From NCBI RefSeq assembly GCF_053078305.1, contig NZ_CP166879.1: 64,000 bases of DNA. The stretch is one strand, 5' to 3'. The position numbers and the translations under genes were made by a program. This document shows, piece after piece, positions 12,162-22,446 of the stretch. Under the pieces are notes generated by a model that saw only the letters and a program-made list of their open reading frames with translations, ran no database searches and was not told the origin of the DNA. The stretch's first letter is position 1, and the number at the start of each line of letters is the position of its first letter.

Positions 12162-12883
12162 CTTTTTATAACTTTTCTCATAAATAGGTAAATATCTGCT
12201 AACGCCGCATATAATTTCCCGTTTCTTTTCTTTCGGATTTGTCTCGCTTCCTCCAATGCTAATTTTACATTTTTAGCGCTAAGGCCGGCATTTCTCATCG
12301 AAGAGATATTTTTATCAATATAATGAAAGATATAACCTTGTTTCTTCAATTTTAGCAAAAGATCATAATCAGAAGCAATTTTATAGCTAGTATTAAATAA
12401 ATTTTCTCTGTGGATATCTTTTTTAATAAATGTGGCCGGATGGCTTAAATTCATATCTATATGTAGTTTCCAGTCTTTAGGCCTCCGGACCTGAATAACA
12501 TCCAAGCTATCAGCCTCTACCAAAGACATATTTCCATAAATAACATCATATTTATTTTCTTTCATTACTTTTATTACTTGACATAATACATCTTTATTAT
12601 AAAAATCATCAGCGTTTATAAATCCTATATAATTCCCAGATGCTTTTAACACACCTTTATTCATTGCATCATATATACCATTATCATTTTCAGAAATGAT
12701 ATATGAAATTTCATTTTTGTAAGAATTAACAATATTTAGAGTATTATCCGTTGATGCACCATCAATTATAATATATTCAATGTCATCATTGCAGTTTTGT
12801 GATAAGACACTTTTTATAGTATCTTCGATATACATTTCGCCATTGTACACAACGGTAACTATTGTTAAAGTTGGTTTATTCAT
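12158..12883 (-). CDS. family 2 glycosyltransferase
   Basis: 241 aa, LTIVTVVYNGE...YIIIDGASTDNT GT2 motif; paralogous to 2958..3716. Confidence 0.7.
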   Translation of the reverse strand: MNKPTLTIVTVVYNGEMYIEDTIKSVLSQNCNDDIEYIIIDGASTDNTLNIVNSYKNEISYIISENDNGIYDAMNKGVLKASGNYIGFINADDFYNKDVLCQVIKVMKENKYDVIYGNMSLVEADSLDVIQVRRPKDWKLHIDMNLSHPATFIKKDIHRENLFNTSYKIASDYDLLLKLKKQGYIFHYIDKNISSMRNAGLSAKNVKLALEEARQIRKKRNGKLYAALADIYLFMRKVIKR

Positions 12884-12891
12884 TGTTAGCC

Positions 12892-14127
12892 CTACAATAA
12901 ATTTAAATTATTTAATTTATTTGTTTTCTTAATCAAAAAGTAAAATCTCGCCATTATTATAAACTCAGTTGAAATAACTCCTATTGCTGTACCAACTCCT
13001 GAGTATTCATTAGTCAAATAAGTAATTATCAGTAGGCCTATTAATCCACTGGTAGTAATAATTTTTGTAAACTCTTTTTTCATACCAATAGGGATCATTA
13101 CTAAAATTGCAATATAATTACTTACCGTAACTATTGCTGGAGTAAAAGCTAAAACCTTGAGTATTTCTAAAGATTCATGATACGTTTTTCCATACATGAT
13201 TAAAATTATATCGTCTGCAAAAAAGTAAAGAAATATGGAAAGTACGAACATCAGTGAAAATTGCCATCGAAACACTTTCCTGGCTAATAATAGTCCATCG
13301 TCATGATTATCCTTCATTATATAAGTTACTCTAGGAAAAACAGCTTGGGTTATAGGACCAATAACGCCTTGTAGTGCAAGCCTAATTTTATCTGCAGCGA
13401 TAAAATATCCCACTGCAGTTGTTCCTGATAATGCACCTAATATTATTGTTGAACTAGTAGTATAAAGGCTTATTGCTGCAGAGGAAATGAAGTAATGCCA
13501 TCCATCATAAATTAACTCTTTCATTTTGGATAAGGATGGTGGTACCCATATTATTTTTTTAAGAGAAAATAAAAAATATGTAGATATTATACCTGCAATA
13601 ACTGTTATTGATGATTGTATTGTTATCGCTATACCAAGATCCTTTTCACTTTTAACCAATAAAAATGTTAAACATAGTGTAAGTAAGCGTGCGGAAAACA
13701 TACTTATCGCTATTCCTAACATTTTTTCCAGCCCTTGAAAAAACCATACTGGATATATTAAATTTCCTACGACAGATATGTATGCAAGAATGATAAATTT
13801 AATTTGGTAATCAATGATATTCAATTCCGAAATTAAATAAATAATTAACAAACCAAGAGATGCAGCAATTATTTTGATAAACGTTACATTCCAAAAAACT
13901 TTACTTATGGAATCAGTATTTTCCCTTGATATTGATATTATTTTGGGCGCTGAGTAGTTAAATCCGTAATCAATAAATAATATAAAATATTGGACCACAG
14001 CAAAACTATACCCATATATCCCGTATCCTGTAGGTTCAAGGATCCTGACAAGATAAGGCAGTGTGACCAATGGAAATATATAATTGCCACCTTGAACGCT
14101 TAATAAATAGATGATGTTTTTTAACAT
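12892..14127 (-). CDS. wzx: O-unit flippase (polysaccharide transporter family)
   Basis: 411 aa, about 12 predicted membrane helices, typical Wzx composition; first gene after the JUMPStart element. Confidence 0.7.
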   Translation of the reverse strand: MLKNIIYLLSVQGGNYIFPLVTLPYLVRILEPTGYGIYGYSFAVVQYFILFIDYGFNYSAPKIISISRENTDSISKVFWNVTFIKIIAASLGLLIIYLISELNIIDYQIKFIILAYISVVGNLIYPVWFFQGLEKMLGIAISMFSARLLTLCLTFLLVKSEKDLGIAITIQSSITVIAGIISTYFLFSLKKIIWVPPSLSKMKELIYDGWHYFISSAAISLYTTSSTIILGALSGTTAVGYFIAADKIRLALQGVIGPITQAVFPRVTYIMKDNHDDGLLLARKVFRWQFSLMFVLSIFLYFFADDIILIMYGKTYHESLEILKVLAFTPAIVTVSNYIAILVMIPIGMKKEFTKIITTSGLIGLLIITYLTNEYSGVGTAIGVISTEFIIMARFYFLIKKTNKLNNLNLL

Positions 14128-14189
14128 AACGAGCCTACGTACTTAACAAGTCTTATTTTGCACGATAGTTTACAATTTGTTAAGTAATA

Positions 14190-14245
14190 TGGGATAAACA
14201 TTTAATTCACGCTACCGCCCCTGGCTCAACAGCTACCAGCGTACT
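14190..14245 (-). promoter_or_regulatory. JUMPStart element with ops site upstream of O-antigen cluster
   Basis: Plus strand shows cacgctaccgcccctggc, reverse complement GCCAGGGGCGGTAGCGTG contains ops GGCGGTAGCGT (14208..14219); same motif recurs upstream of wza. Confidence 0.8.
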
Positions 14246-14496
14246 GCATGCACGTCCTAATTGTAACTAGCATTAACCGTTATGGTTAGTTCGAAAAGCT
14301 TAACTCTGAACGTTTTACCAAATCGCTTCAGAGATGGAGAAAATCTCAGCCTCCCACAATAAATGCCTATTGAAAAGTTATTGTTACTCATATTTAGAAC
14401 GGTATAAAGAAAGAATGAGGCAATGAGTACAATTAGCCCCACCAATCTTCACTGCCGTTATAATTTTCTTATCAACCGTTACATCCGGTCAGATTT

Positions 14497-15393
14497 TCAA
14501 TATTCGCTTAACAGCTTCTCAATACCTTTACGGAACTTCGCCCCTTCTTTGAGGTTGCGTAGTCCATACTTCACGAACGCTTGCATATAGCCCATTTTTT
14601 TACCGCAGTCGTAGCTGTCACCAGTCATCAGCATTGCATCAACAGATTGTTTTTTCGCCAGCTCAGCGATGGCATCTGTCAGCTGAATACGTCCCCATGC
14701 CCCTGGCTGCGTGCGTTCAAGTTCCGGCCAAATATCGGCAGAAAGCACATAACGACCTACGGCCATGATGTCTGAGTCCAGCGTTTGTGGCTGATCCGGT
14801 TTTTCGATGAATTCAACAATGCGGCTGACTTTGCCTTCACGGTCCAGCGGTTCTTTGGTCTGAATGACGGAGTATTCAGAGAGGTCACCCGGCATACGCT
14901 TTGCCAGCACCTGGCTACGGCCCGTTTCATTGAAGCGCGCAATCATGGCAGCAAGGTTGTAGCGCAGCGGGTCGGCGCTGGCGTCGTCGATCACTACGTC
15001 TGGCAGTACCACGACAAATGGGTTGTCGCCAATGGCGGGTCGTGCACATAAAATGGAGTGGCCTAAACCTAAAGGTTCGCCCTGACGCACGTTCATAATG
15101 GTCACGCCAGGCGGACAGATAGACTGCACTTCCGCCAGCAGTTGACGCTTCACGCGCTGTTCAAGGAGAGATTCTAATTCATAAGAGGTGTCGAAGTGGT
15201 TTTCGACCGCGTTCTTGGACGCGTGAGTTACCAGGAGGATTTCTTTGATCCCTGCAGCCACAATCTCGTCAACAATGTACTGAATCATTGGCTTGTCGAC
15301 GATCGGTAGCATCTCTTTGGGAATCGCCTTAGTGGCAGGCAACATATGCATCCCAAGACCTGCTACCGGTATAACTGCTTTTAAATTCGTCAT
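14497..15393 (-). CDS. galF: UTP-glucose-1-phosphate uridylyltransferase regulatory paralog
   Basis: 298 aa, [43 protein letters not shown]..., matches GalF. Confidence 0.9.
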   Translation of the reverse strand: MTNLKAVIPVAGLGMHMLPATKAIPKEMLPIVDKPMIQYIVDEIVAAGIKEILLVTHASKNAVENHFDTSYELESLLEQRVKRQLLAEVQSICPPGVTIMNVRQGEPLGLGHSILCARPAIGDNPFVVVLPDVVIDDASADPLRYNLAAMIARFNETGRSQVLAKRMPGDLSEYSVIQTKEPLDREGKVSRIVEFIEKPDQPQTLDSDIMAVGRYVLSADIWPELERTQPGAWGRIQLTDAIAELAKKQSVDAMLMTGDSYDCGKKMGYMQAFVKYGLRNLKEGAKFRKGIEKLLSEY

Positions 15394-15635
15394 TCTTTTC
15401 CTACCTCTAAGTGGCTGATAGTGCGTAAATTATTGCCATAGGTTAGCCAAACGTTATGGCTATATACCAAAGCTTAGTTCCGCATAACTTTGCTTAAACC
15501 TTAGGATAACACTACACACCATCAGCATCTGGGTTACTCGGATTACTCGGAATTCCGCATACTGATAATTTAATCAGTACCTCTTTCCGAATAATCGTAG
15601 TCCAACCTGGTCCTTTTTTCTCTGACTTGTCTGCA

Positions 15636-16631
15636 TTACTCAGAAACAAACGTTATGTCGTCTTTTTTGGCATGAACGAATTCATACTGCAGAGTTCGAT
15701 CCAGACCTTGCGACAGCGTATACGGTGCCACAAAACCTGAAGAATGCACTTTCGTTGCGTCAAACTGTGTTGTTGCGCAGAATTTTTTCACGCGCACTGA
15801 GCTGACAGCGTATTTTTTGCCCGTAATTTTGCTCAGGATATCAAAACAATATCCACCCAGCATTCCTAGTGGGTAAGGCAAGTGCATAGAAGGGATCTTT
15901 TTGTTCAGGCTTTGTTCAACTTCAGCAACCAACTGGTTCATGTTCAGGTCTGGCTTATCAACGTAGTTATAAACCTCATAACCTGCGGCAACATTCTTCA
16001 GTTTGTACTTGATAAACTCAACAATGTTTCCAACATAAGCCATGGACTTATAGTTAGTCCCTGCGCCCACCATCATAAACTTGCCGCCAGCGATCTGTTT
16101 CAGCAAGTTATAGACGTTACCGCGGTTGCGTTCACCGAAGATAACGGTAGGACGGATGATGGTTAATGAACGTTCTGTTGGTGCTTTGTTATACCATTCA
16201 CGCAGCACTTCCTCTGCCTGCCACTTACTTTTGCCGTAGTGGTTGAAAGGATCGTGTGGATGGTTTTCGTCAGGGTTGTGTTTGTTCAAACCATAAACAG
16301 CAACGGAACTGGTAAAGATGATATTTTTAACGCCATTTTTTTCCATGGCCGCCAGCACATTGCGGGTACCCTGAACGTTGACATCATAATAGAGAGAAGT
16401 AGGGCTGACGTCATCGCGGTGTTCCGCTGCCAGTAGTACAACAGTGTCAAAACCGGCTAACGCCTGGTCGAGTGCCTGTTGATCACGAACATCACCAATC
16501 TGTGTGATTTCTGGATAAAAGTGGCTCTGCTGTTTGTCCAGGTTCTTGATATTAAAGTCAGCAATTGCCGTTTCAAGTAGTCGGGTTCCTACGAATCCGG
16601 AAGCTCCTATGAGCAAAACGTTATCGTTCAT
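15636..16631 (-). CDS. gne: NAD-dependent epimerase between wcaM and galF (Gne / Z3206-like)
   Basis: 331 aa, MNDNVLLIGASGFVGTRLLE..., Rossmann fold epimerase; occupies the wcaM-galF position where E. coli K-12 has no gene. Confidence 0.7.
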   Translation of the reverse strand: MNDNVLLIGASGFVGTRLLETAIADFNIKNLDKQQSHFYPEITQIGDVRDQQALDQALAGFDTVVLLAAEHRDDVSPTSLYYDVNVQGTRNVLAAMEKNGVKNIIFTSSVAVYGLNKHNPDENHPHDPFNHYGKSKWQAEEVLREWYNKAPTERSLTIIRPTVIFGERNRGNVYNLLKQIAGGKFMMVGAGTNYKSMAYVGNIVEFIKYKLKNVAAGYEVYNYVDKPDLNMNQLVAEVEQSLNKKIPSMHLPYPLGMLGGYCFDILSKITGKKYAVSSVRVKKFCATTQFDATKVHSSGFVAPYTLSQGLDRTLQYEFVHAKKDDITFVSE

Positions 16632-16788
16632 AAATCACTTTAGTCTGGTTGTTACGTAAGAAACACAAGATAAAGATGAGTACCTTCCCTGAGTAGTCAA
16701 TGCTGCCCAGCCCCAGCTTTAACAGTTAGTGTGAGGATTATAATCTTTTAGAACATTATATCCAGTAAGTTTATGAATGGTCGCAAAT

Positions 16789-18183
16789 CTACTCCCCCCG
16801 TTCCGGCAATCTAAAGTTAATCTTTTCCACATTAACAATATGGTGATTAATCCTGTCGATATCGACGGAGCTTTGTCCTTTCTCATTCACCGCATGAACA
16901 TTTGCAAGTGACAGCAGTGTTTCTTTTTTCGCCATAAAGACGCCGCGAACGTCTTTGCGCATGTCGAAGTTCATGCTCAATGCTGGTCCAACAGAGGATT
17001 CCTGCATCACATTGATATTGCGCATAAAAAGATGTTGCGGCTTGTTGTGTAACTCCAGCGAGGCACGCTTCATCTCAATGTTAGTCAGCGCCACAAAGGA
17101 GACGGCATTCCCAGCGGAGATTTGGATACCGCGCAATTTGTAAGCAAGATGGGTGTTATCCATTTGAATATTATTCACTCGGAAATTTTGCGGTATTGAG
17201 AGATATTTGCCTTTAATTACCCCATAGCCGATTAACATCCCGGCGCTATTAATCATTTCAATATTATCAATCACGAAATTGTCACAACCGTAAATAGCAA
17301 CTGTCGCGTTATCAATGCCTGCTTTCTTACTGAAATCCGGCGTGATATTGCGGGCTTTGATATTACGGATAACAAAATGTTTGCCATTTTCAACATGGAT
17401 CAACTGCCGACAATCCGATCCCGTGATATTCGCCACGACAAAGTTTTTCACTGCCTGGTCTTCCGGGTAATTATTATCGTAAGTGCTTCCTGCAAGGCCT
17501 ATGCCGATTCCCCAGTTGATTTTGCCGTTGGTACAGTTGATGCGCTCGATGACATGGTCAGATATCAAAATATCACTGTCGTTAATCGCCACGTTCCATT
17601 CGATGGCGTCGCCCTGTAAGTCGCTGAACTTACAGTTGGTGATGTTGGCACCGATAATCTGATTATGAAATCCCTGGCGTAAGATGGCGTAATTAGCGTG
17701 GCTGACAGTGAGGTTATCGATGGTCAGGTTGCGCATGACCCGTTTGTTTTTGCCGCCGATATAAATCTGCGTTACCGGGCCAAAGCCGCTCATCGCCAGA
17801 CCTTTGATGGTGCAGTCAGAGCCGCGCACATCCAGGGTGATGTTATGCATACTGCCGCCCTCCTCCCCTGTCACCTGGCTGCCGTCCTGTAAGACAAATC
17901 GCCCTCTGCCGTTGCCGCGCAGGCTTCCAAGGATGTGTAACATTTTGCCAGGAGGAATGAAGATGCCGGTGTTGATATTGTCACAAACCAATCCGGCAGG
18001 CACGACGACCGTATGCCCTTCGCTGAAGGCTTGTTTAAATGAGGCGATCCAGTCGTGTGGGTTGTAGTCGTTAATGTTAACGCTTTGTCGGGCGGGAAGT
18101 GCGCGAGCGAAAGGGGTATGGAGGAAGGCAAGCGCCGAGCTTGCCGTCAGGAAGGTGCGTCGGGAGAGTGTTTTAAATGGCAT
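16789..18183 (-). CDS. wcaM: colanic acid biosynthesis protein WcaM
   Basis: 464 aa with N-terminal Tat-like signal [13 protein letters not shown]; pectate-lyase-like repeats. Confidence 0.9.
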   Translation of the reverse strand: MPFKTLSRRTFLTASSALAFLHTPFARALPARQSVNINDYNPHDWIASFKQAFSEGHTVVVPAGLVCDNINTGIFIPPGKMLHILGSLRGNGRGRFVLQDGSQVTGEEGGSMHNITLDVRGSDCTIKGLAMSGFGPVTQIYIGGKNKRVMRNLTIDNLTVSHANYAILRQGFHNQIIGANITNCKFSDLQGDAIEWNVAINDSDILISDHVIERINCTNGKINWGIGIGLAGSTYDNNYPEDQAVKNFVVANITGSDCRQLIHVENGKHFVIRNIKARNITPDFSKKAGIDNATVAIYGCDNFVIDNIEMINSAGMLIGYGVIKGKYLSIPQNFRVNNIQMDNTHLAYKLRGIQISAGNAVSFVALTNIEMKRASLELHNKPQHLFMRNINVMQESSVGPALSMNFDMRKDVRGVFMAKKETLLSLANVHAVNEKGQSSVDIDRINHHIVNVEKINFRLPERGE

Positions 18184-18193
18184 ACGTTCTCCT

Positions 18194-19414
18194 CTATAAA
18201 GCCTGCAGCAAGCTGGCGAGTTCTCGATTAATCACCTGCTGGTTAAAATCGTGTTCGACTTTTTCGCGCGCACGTTTGACGACCGGAGCCAGTTCGTCGG
18301 TGTCCAGTTGACTAAACGCCGCCAGACGTTGTGCCAGTGCGCGAGCATCGTTCTCAGGCACCAGCCAGCCGGATTTATCGGCCTCCACCAGTTCCGGTAT
18401 TCCGCTATGTAGAGTAGAAACAACCGGAATGCCGACCGCCATCGCTTCCATCAGCGCCACCGGAATGCCTTCCATATCGCCGTCCGCACCTGTAACCGAT
18501 GGCAAGAGGAAGACATCCGCATCGTCGAGCATCGCTTTCACTTCATGGCTCGGTTTAAAGCCCGGCATCTCCACCACATCTTCCAGTTGATATTGTTCGA
18601 TGAGCGTGCGCAGGCGTCGTTCCCACGGGCCAATGCCGAGGATGCGATAGCGAAATGCCACGCCCTGCTCTTTCAACTGCCGGCAGGCTTCAATCGCCAC
18701 ATGCAGGCCTTTTTTCTCGGTTAAGCGTGCGACGGAGATGATTTCCAGCGGCGTTGCGGGCGCTTTCACCGGACGCGGGCTAAAACGCGTCATGTCCACG
18801 CCCATGCGCGATACGGCGATTTTTTCCCTCGGGCAGCCCATTTTTTGCAGCCTTCCGGCCCACAGATCGCTTATTGGTAACATCAGGTCGCCACGGCGAA
18901 ACAGTTGTTGATATTCGGGAGTGTAGTGGTTGAGCACTTCCCGACTGGAGATATCAATACCGTGAAAGATAGTGGCAATTTTGCCGCGAATGACCCCCAG
19001 TTCGCGTAGTTTTGCTGCGGTTACCCCCGCAGGGCCAAAATGAGCGATAAAGACATCGGCATAAAATGGTGTTGCGACCTGGCCGCAAATGGCAGACAAA
19101 ATCAGGTTTCGCGACTCAGCACCATAGCGTTTGAGGTTAAGTGCCTGCCAGGTATTTTTACGATGAATGCCGCGTAAGGTCTGACTGGCTCGGTGGCGCA
19201 GTTTCGCCACTTTGCCCGTAGGTTCGTCCTGTAACCAGCGGGTTCTGGCGGCAAGGTTGTATTTCGTCCATGCCGCGTGGGTGTTTTGTGTGTCGCCTTT
19301 TTGCAGCGCGACAATCTCCACCTCAAAGCCCATATCAATAAACGCAGTGATTTGGTTAAGAACGAAGGTTTCCGACGACAGCGGAAATTTCAATAAGAAG
19401 AAGCCGACCTTCAT
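18194..19414 (-). CDS. wcaL: colanic acid glycosyltransferase WcaL
   Basis: 406 aa GT4 family, conserved position. Confidence 0.9.
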   Translation of the reverse strand: MKVGFFLLKFPLSSETFVLNQITAFIDMGFEVEIVALQKGDTQNTHAAWTKYNLAARTRWLQDEPTGKVAKLRHRASQTLRGIHRKNTWQALNLKRYGAESRNLILSAICGQVATPFYADVFIAHFGPAGVTAAKLRELGVIRGKIATIFHGIDISSREVLNHYTPEYQQLFRRGDLMLPISDLWAGRLQKMGCPREKIAVSRMGVDMTRFSPRPVKAPATPLEIISVARLTEKKGLHVAIEACRQLKEQGVAFRYRILGIGPWERRLRTLIEQYQLEDVVEMPGFKPSHEVKAMLDDADVFLLPSVTGADGDMEGIPVALMEAMAVGIPVVSTLHSGIPELVEADKSGWLVPENDARALAQRLAAFSQLDTDELAPVVKRAREKVEHDFNQQVINRELASLLQAL

Positions 19415-20691
19415 TTCACCTCCCCGATGCGTTCCAGTACGGACTGCACCATCTGCATTCCCGTCTGACGCTCACGACTGACGGCTTCGCTAAGTCGTGC
19501 GTTCAGCGCCGGAAGCAGGCCTAAGGTATCCGCAACCATCGCTTGCAGGCTGCCGTCCAGTAAATGACGGATATCAATCGCCATCTCTGGCAGCCCCAGT
19601 TGTTGCATAATCCCGGCGGATTTATGTTCGTAGTTGATGGCAATTGCCGGAGTAGCAAAATTCATCGAGATAATGGCGGAGTGCAGGCGCGTACCGACGG
19701 TGAGTTCACAGGCACCGAGAATTTTGCCCATTTCCAGATCGTTGAGTTCATCCATCACCACGTGGTAACGGGCAGGATCGCTGATATGCTGGCGAAGATT
19801 GAGCGCCACCATGCGGTCGTCTTTGTTATAGCTGTCTATGCCCGTACAGGTGGAGAGCGCAATGACCTGATAGCCTTCGTCGAGAATGCGATTGACCACC
19901 CCGGCAAAGGCTTTTTCATACGCATGTTGAGTGGTGCCGAGACGTTTGTCGAACGGTGCCAGTTCGCGCAGGGTAATTGCCACCGTTTTCTGTTGTGCGG
20001 CAACGTCCAGCCAGTGTTGAACGGCATAGCTGGCAGTGAAGTCTTCGGTGTGGTGATCGACCAGCCACGCAGTATCGACGCCATGTTCCACTTTTGCAGT
20101 GGTGATATTGCTGCGTTTCATCAGTTCAAGGCTGACCGATTCGCGCAGGATCAGCGCGTCGCAGTGACCAAAAACGTAGTTCGCCAGTTGGTTAAATTGC
20201 TCATCCTGGAAGGGGCCGACGCTGTGACCAATCATAAACAGCGGCTTTTTCGCCATAAACGTGCAAAGCGCATGTTCAAACTGCGGCACGCCGTAGAGAT
20301 CGACAAAAAACGATCCGCCGACCTGGATAATGGCGTCGTAACCTGACAGCAGGCGCACGAAGTCGGTGAATCCCTGGGCGATGGCGATATTGCGCAGCTT
20401 GCCAGTGTCGGTGACGCGTGAGAGCAATACCTGGTGCTGATAGCGGCGACGGAGGACTTTTTTAACGCGCCCGACAACGCCCGCCGCGCTGTTGTGTTGT
20501 TTCATTTGAAGGAACAGCGGATCACCCATTACCGGGCGGTTGAGCAGCCAGGAAGAACTGACCGGATAGCGGCTCATCACGTCCACTTCGGCATGTGGAT
20601 TGAGGATGTTGATGGCATCAAGTAAGCCGCGCAGGATGGCGCTGTCGCCACGATTGCCGCAAGTGTGGTTGCCCAGAATAAGTAATTTCAT
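19411..20691 (-). CDS. wcaK: colanic acid pyruvyl transferase WcaK
   Basis: 426 aa, MKLLILGNHTCGNRGDSAIL..., polysaccharide pyruvyl transferase family. Confidence 0.9.
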   Translation of the reverse strand: MKLLILGNHTCGNRGDSAILRGLLDAINILNPHAEVDVMSRYPVSSSWLLNRPVMGDPLFLQMKQHNSAAGVVGRVKKVLRRRYQHQVLLSRVTDTGKLRNIAIAQGFTDFVRLLSGYDAIIQVGGSFFVDLYGVPQFEHALCTFMAKKPLFMIGHSVGPFQDEQFNQLANYVFGHCDALILRESVSLELMKRSNITTAKVEHGVDTAWLVDHHTEDFTASYAVQHWLDVAAQQKTVAITLRELAPFDKRLGTTQHAYEKAFAGVVNRILDEGYQVIALSTCTGIDSYNKDDRMVALNLRQHISDPARYHVVMDELNDLEMGKILGACELTVGTRLHSAIISMNFATPAIAINYEHKSAGIMQQLGLPEMAIDIRHLLDGSLQAMVADTLGLLPALNARLSEAVSRERQTGMQMVQSVLERIGEVK

Positions 20692-20752
20692 TTTTTCCTC
20701 ATAAATTTGATGCCAGGTGAGGCTGTGTTTGTTGTGTTCGTTGCCGTTTTTT

Positions 20753-20937
20753 GCCTGATGCGACGCTGGCGCGTCTTATCAGGCCTACAAGACCCGAGCA
20801 CAGAACCGTAGGCCGGATAAGGCGTTCACGCCGCATCCGGCATTCAGTGCCTGATGCGACGCTGACGCGTCTTATCAGGCCTACAGGTCCCGAGCACAGA
20901 ACCGTAGGATGGATAAGGCGTTTTACGCTGCACCCGG
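20753..20937. repeat. REP/BIME cluster (several REP units)
   Basis: Repeated gcctgatgcgacgctggcgcgtcttatcaggcctac and gtaggccggataaggcgttcacgccgcatccggc palindromic units. Confidence 0.85.
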
Positions 20938-20966
20938 CAACCGTTGTCGGAACCGAAAACAACAAC

Positions 20967-22445
20967 TCACCCCGCCCGTAAAAGCATTTTCATTTTTTCG
21001 CTGCGACAAAACTGGCGCTTCACTTCCACCACCAGCGGATGGCGCGACAGCACAATCATCACCACAAACGCCAGCACGCCCGCGGCTATTTGCACCGCCA
21101 GCAGCATCCCCAGCGCCAGTTGCCCTTTCAGCACAATGCCCAGCGCATAACTGACCACCAGCGTCGGCAGCGAGAGATAAAACGGCAGCCACAAACTCAG
21201 GATGTACTGGCGATAACTGGAACCGAGCACCGGTTTAATCATCACGAAGTAACTCAGAATGGTGTTGATAATCTGCACCAGCAGGAAACCGAGCGTGACG
21301 CCGATTGCGCCCGCCATCTGCCCACCAATAACAATCGCCGGAATAAACAGAAATGTTTTGAATACGTTGAATTTAAAGCTGATATCGACCCGCGCTTTCG
21401 CCATCAGCAGCGAACCAATCGGGTTACCTACGGAGCGCAGCAGACCCACCACACACAGCAATTGCAGCACCGGAATAATGCTGTTCCACTTTTCGCCAAA
21501 TACCAGCGGTACAAAGTTATTTGACACCACCATCAGCCCGAGCAGCGCCGGAAAGTTGATAATCCCCACCACCGACAGCAGCTTGTAGAAGTTGACGCGC
21601 AGCTTTTCGGTATCGTCCTGAATTTTGGCGAATGCCGGAAACAACACACGGGTGATGATCGGGTTCAGCTTCATCGGCGGCACAACGGCCACGTTGTACG
21701 CCAGGTTGTATCCCCCTGCCACGCCCGCGCCGAGAATACGCGCCAGCACCAGCGTTGAAAGGTTGGTATTGAGATAGTTGATGATGCTGTCCGCCGTCAG
21801 CCAGGCACCAAAGCGTAAGTTCGGCGCAACAGACGCCAGCGAGAAATGCAGACCGGGGCGATAAATTTTGCGGCCAAAGTAGCCAAACAGCAGCGTTCTC
21901 ACCGCACTATTGACCAGATAACCGAGGATCGCGGTCATCGCCAGCGGCCAGAAATGGGCGCTAACCACCGTAAAAGTGAAGCCCGCCAGTACCGCGCTGG
22001 TTTCGATCATGCCGATTTTGTTGAACTCCAGCTCCTTTTGCATCAACGCGCGGAACTGTTGCCCGTGGGGGATAACCACAAACGCCAGCGACAATGTTTT
22101 AATCAACGGTGCCAGGTCCGGGTTGTTCAGCACGTCACCAATGAGATCACTCAACAAAAACACCGCCACGCACACCACAAGCCCCAGCCCAACGTTCAGC
22201 CAGTACAGCGTGGTGAGTTCAAGGTGGCTGATTTCTTTTCGCTGAATAATCGAGTTAGCAATACCGAAGTCAGAAAGCGTATCTGCCAGCGCGATGATCA
22301 CCAGCGACACGGTAAGCAAACCGAACTGGTGGTTGTCGATAATCCGCGCCAGCACGGTCATCTGCACCAGCCCGAGGCCGATGATGATCACCGTGGCAAT
22401 CGCCGACCACTTCGCGCCGCTGATGGTTTTTTCACGTAAGCTCAT
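20967..22445 (-). CDS. wzxC: colanic acid repeat-unit flippase
   Basis: 492 aa polytopic membrane protein, MSLREKTISGAKWSAIATVIIIGLGLVQ... Confidence 0.9.
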   Translation of the reverse strand: MSLREKTISGAKWSAIATVIIIGLGLVQMTVLARIIDNHQFGLLTVSLVIIALADTLSDFGIANSIIQRKEISHLELTTLYWLNVGLGLVVCVAVFLLSDLIGDVLNNPDLAPLIKTLSLAFVVIPHGQQFRALMQKELEFNKIGMIETSAVLAGFTFTVVSAHFWPLAMTAILGYLVNSAVRTLLFGYFGRKIYRPGLHFSLASVAPNLRFGAWLTADSIINYLNTNLSTLVLARILGAGVAGGYNLAYNVAVVPPMKLNPIITRVLFPAFAKIQDDTEKLRVNFYKLLSVVGIINFPALLGLMVVSNNFVPLVFGEKWNSIIPVLQLLCVVGLLRSVGNPIGSLLMAKARVDISFKFNVFKTFLFIPAIVIGGQMAGAIGVTLGFLLVQIINTILSYFVMIKPVLGSSYRQYILSLWLPFYLSLPTLVVSYALGIVLKGQLALGMLLAVQIAAGVLAFVVMIVLSRHPLVVEVKRQFCRSEKMKMLLRAG

Positions 22446-22446
22446 A

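Noticed and set aside
2934..14245. Insertion sequences or H-repeat elements inside the O-antigen cluster
   Set aside because: No transposase-like ORF or terminal inverted repeats were seen; all ORFs are accounted for by sugar-pathway, glycosyltransferase or membrane genes.
14257..14445. 62 aa minus-strand ORF between galF and wzx
   Set aside because: It lies in the AT-rich promoter/JUMPStart leader, has no RBS or domain, and is better explained as non-coding.
19564..20346. Long antisense ORFs across the colanic acid cluster (for example 19564..20346, 24079..25026, 27242..27898, 36641..37201)
   Set aside because: GC-rich DNA gives long open frames opposite real genes; they have no recognisable domains while the minus-strand frames match Wca/Cps proteins.
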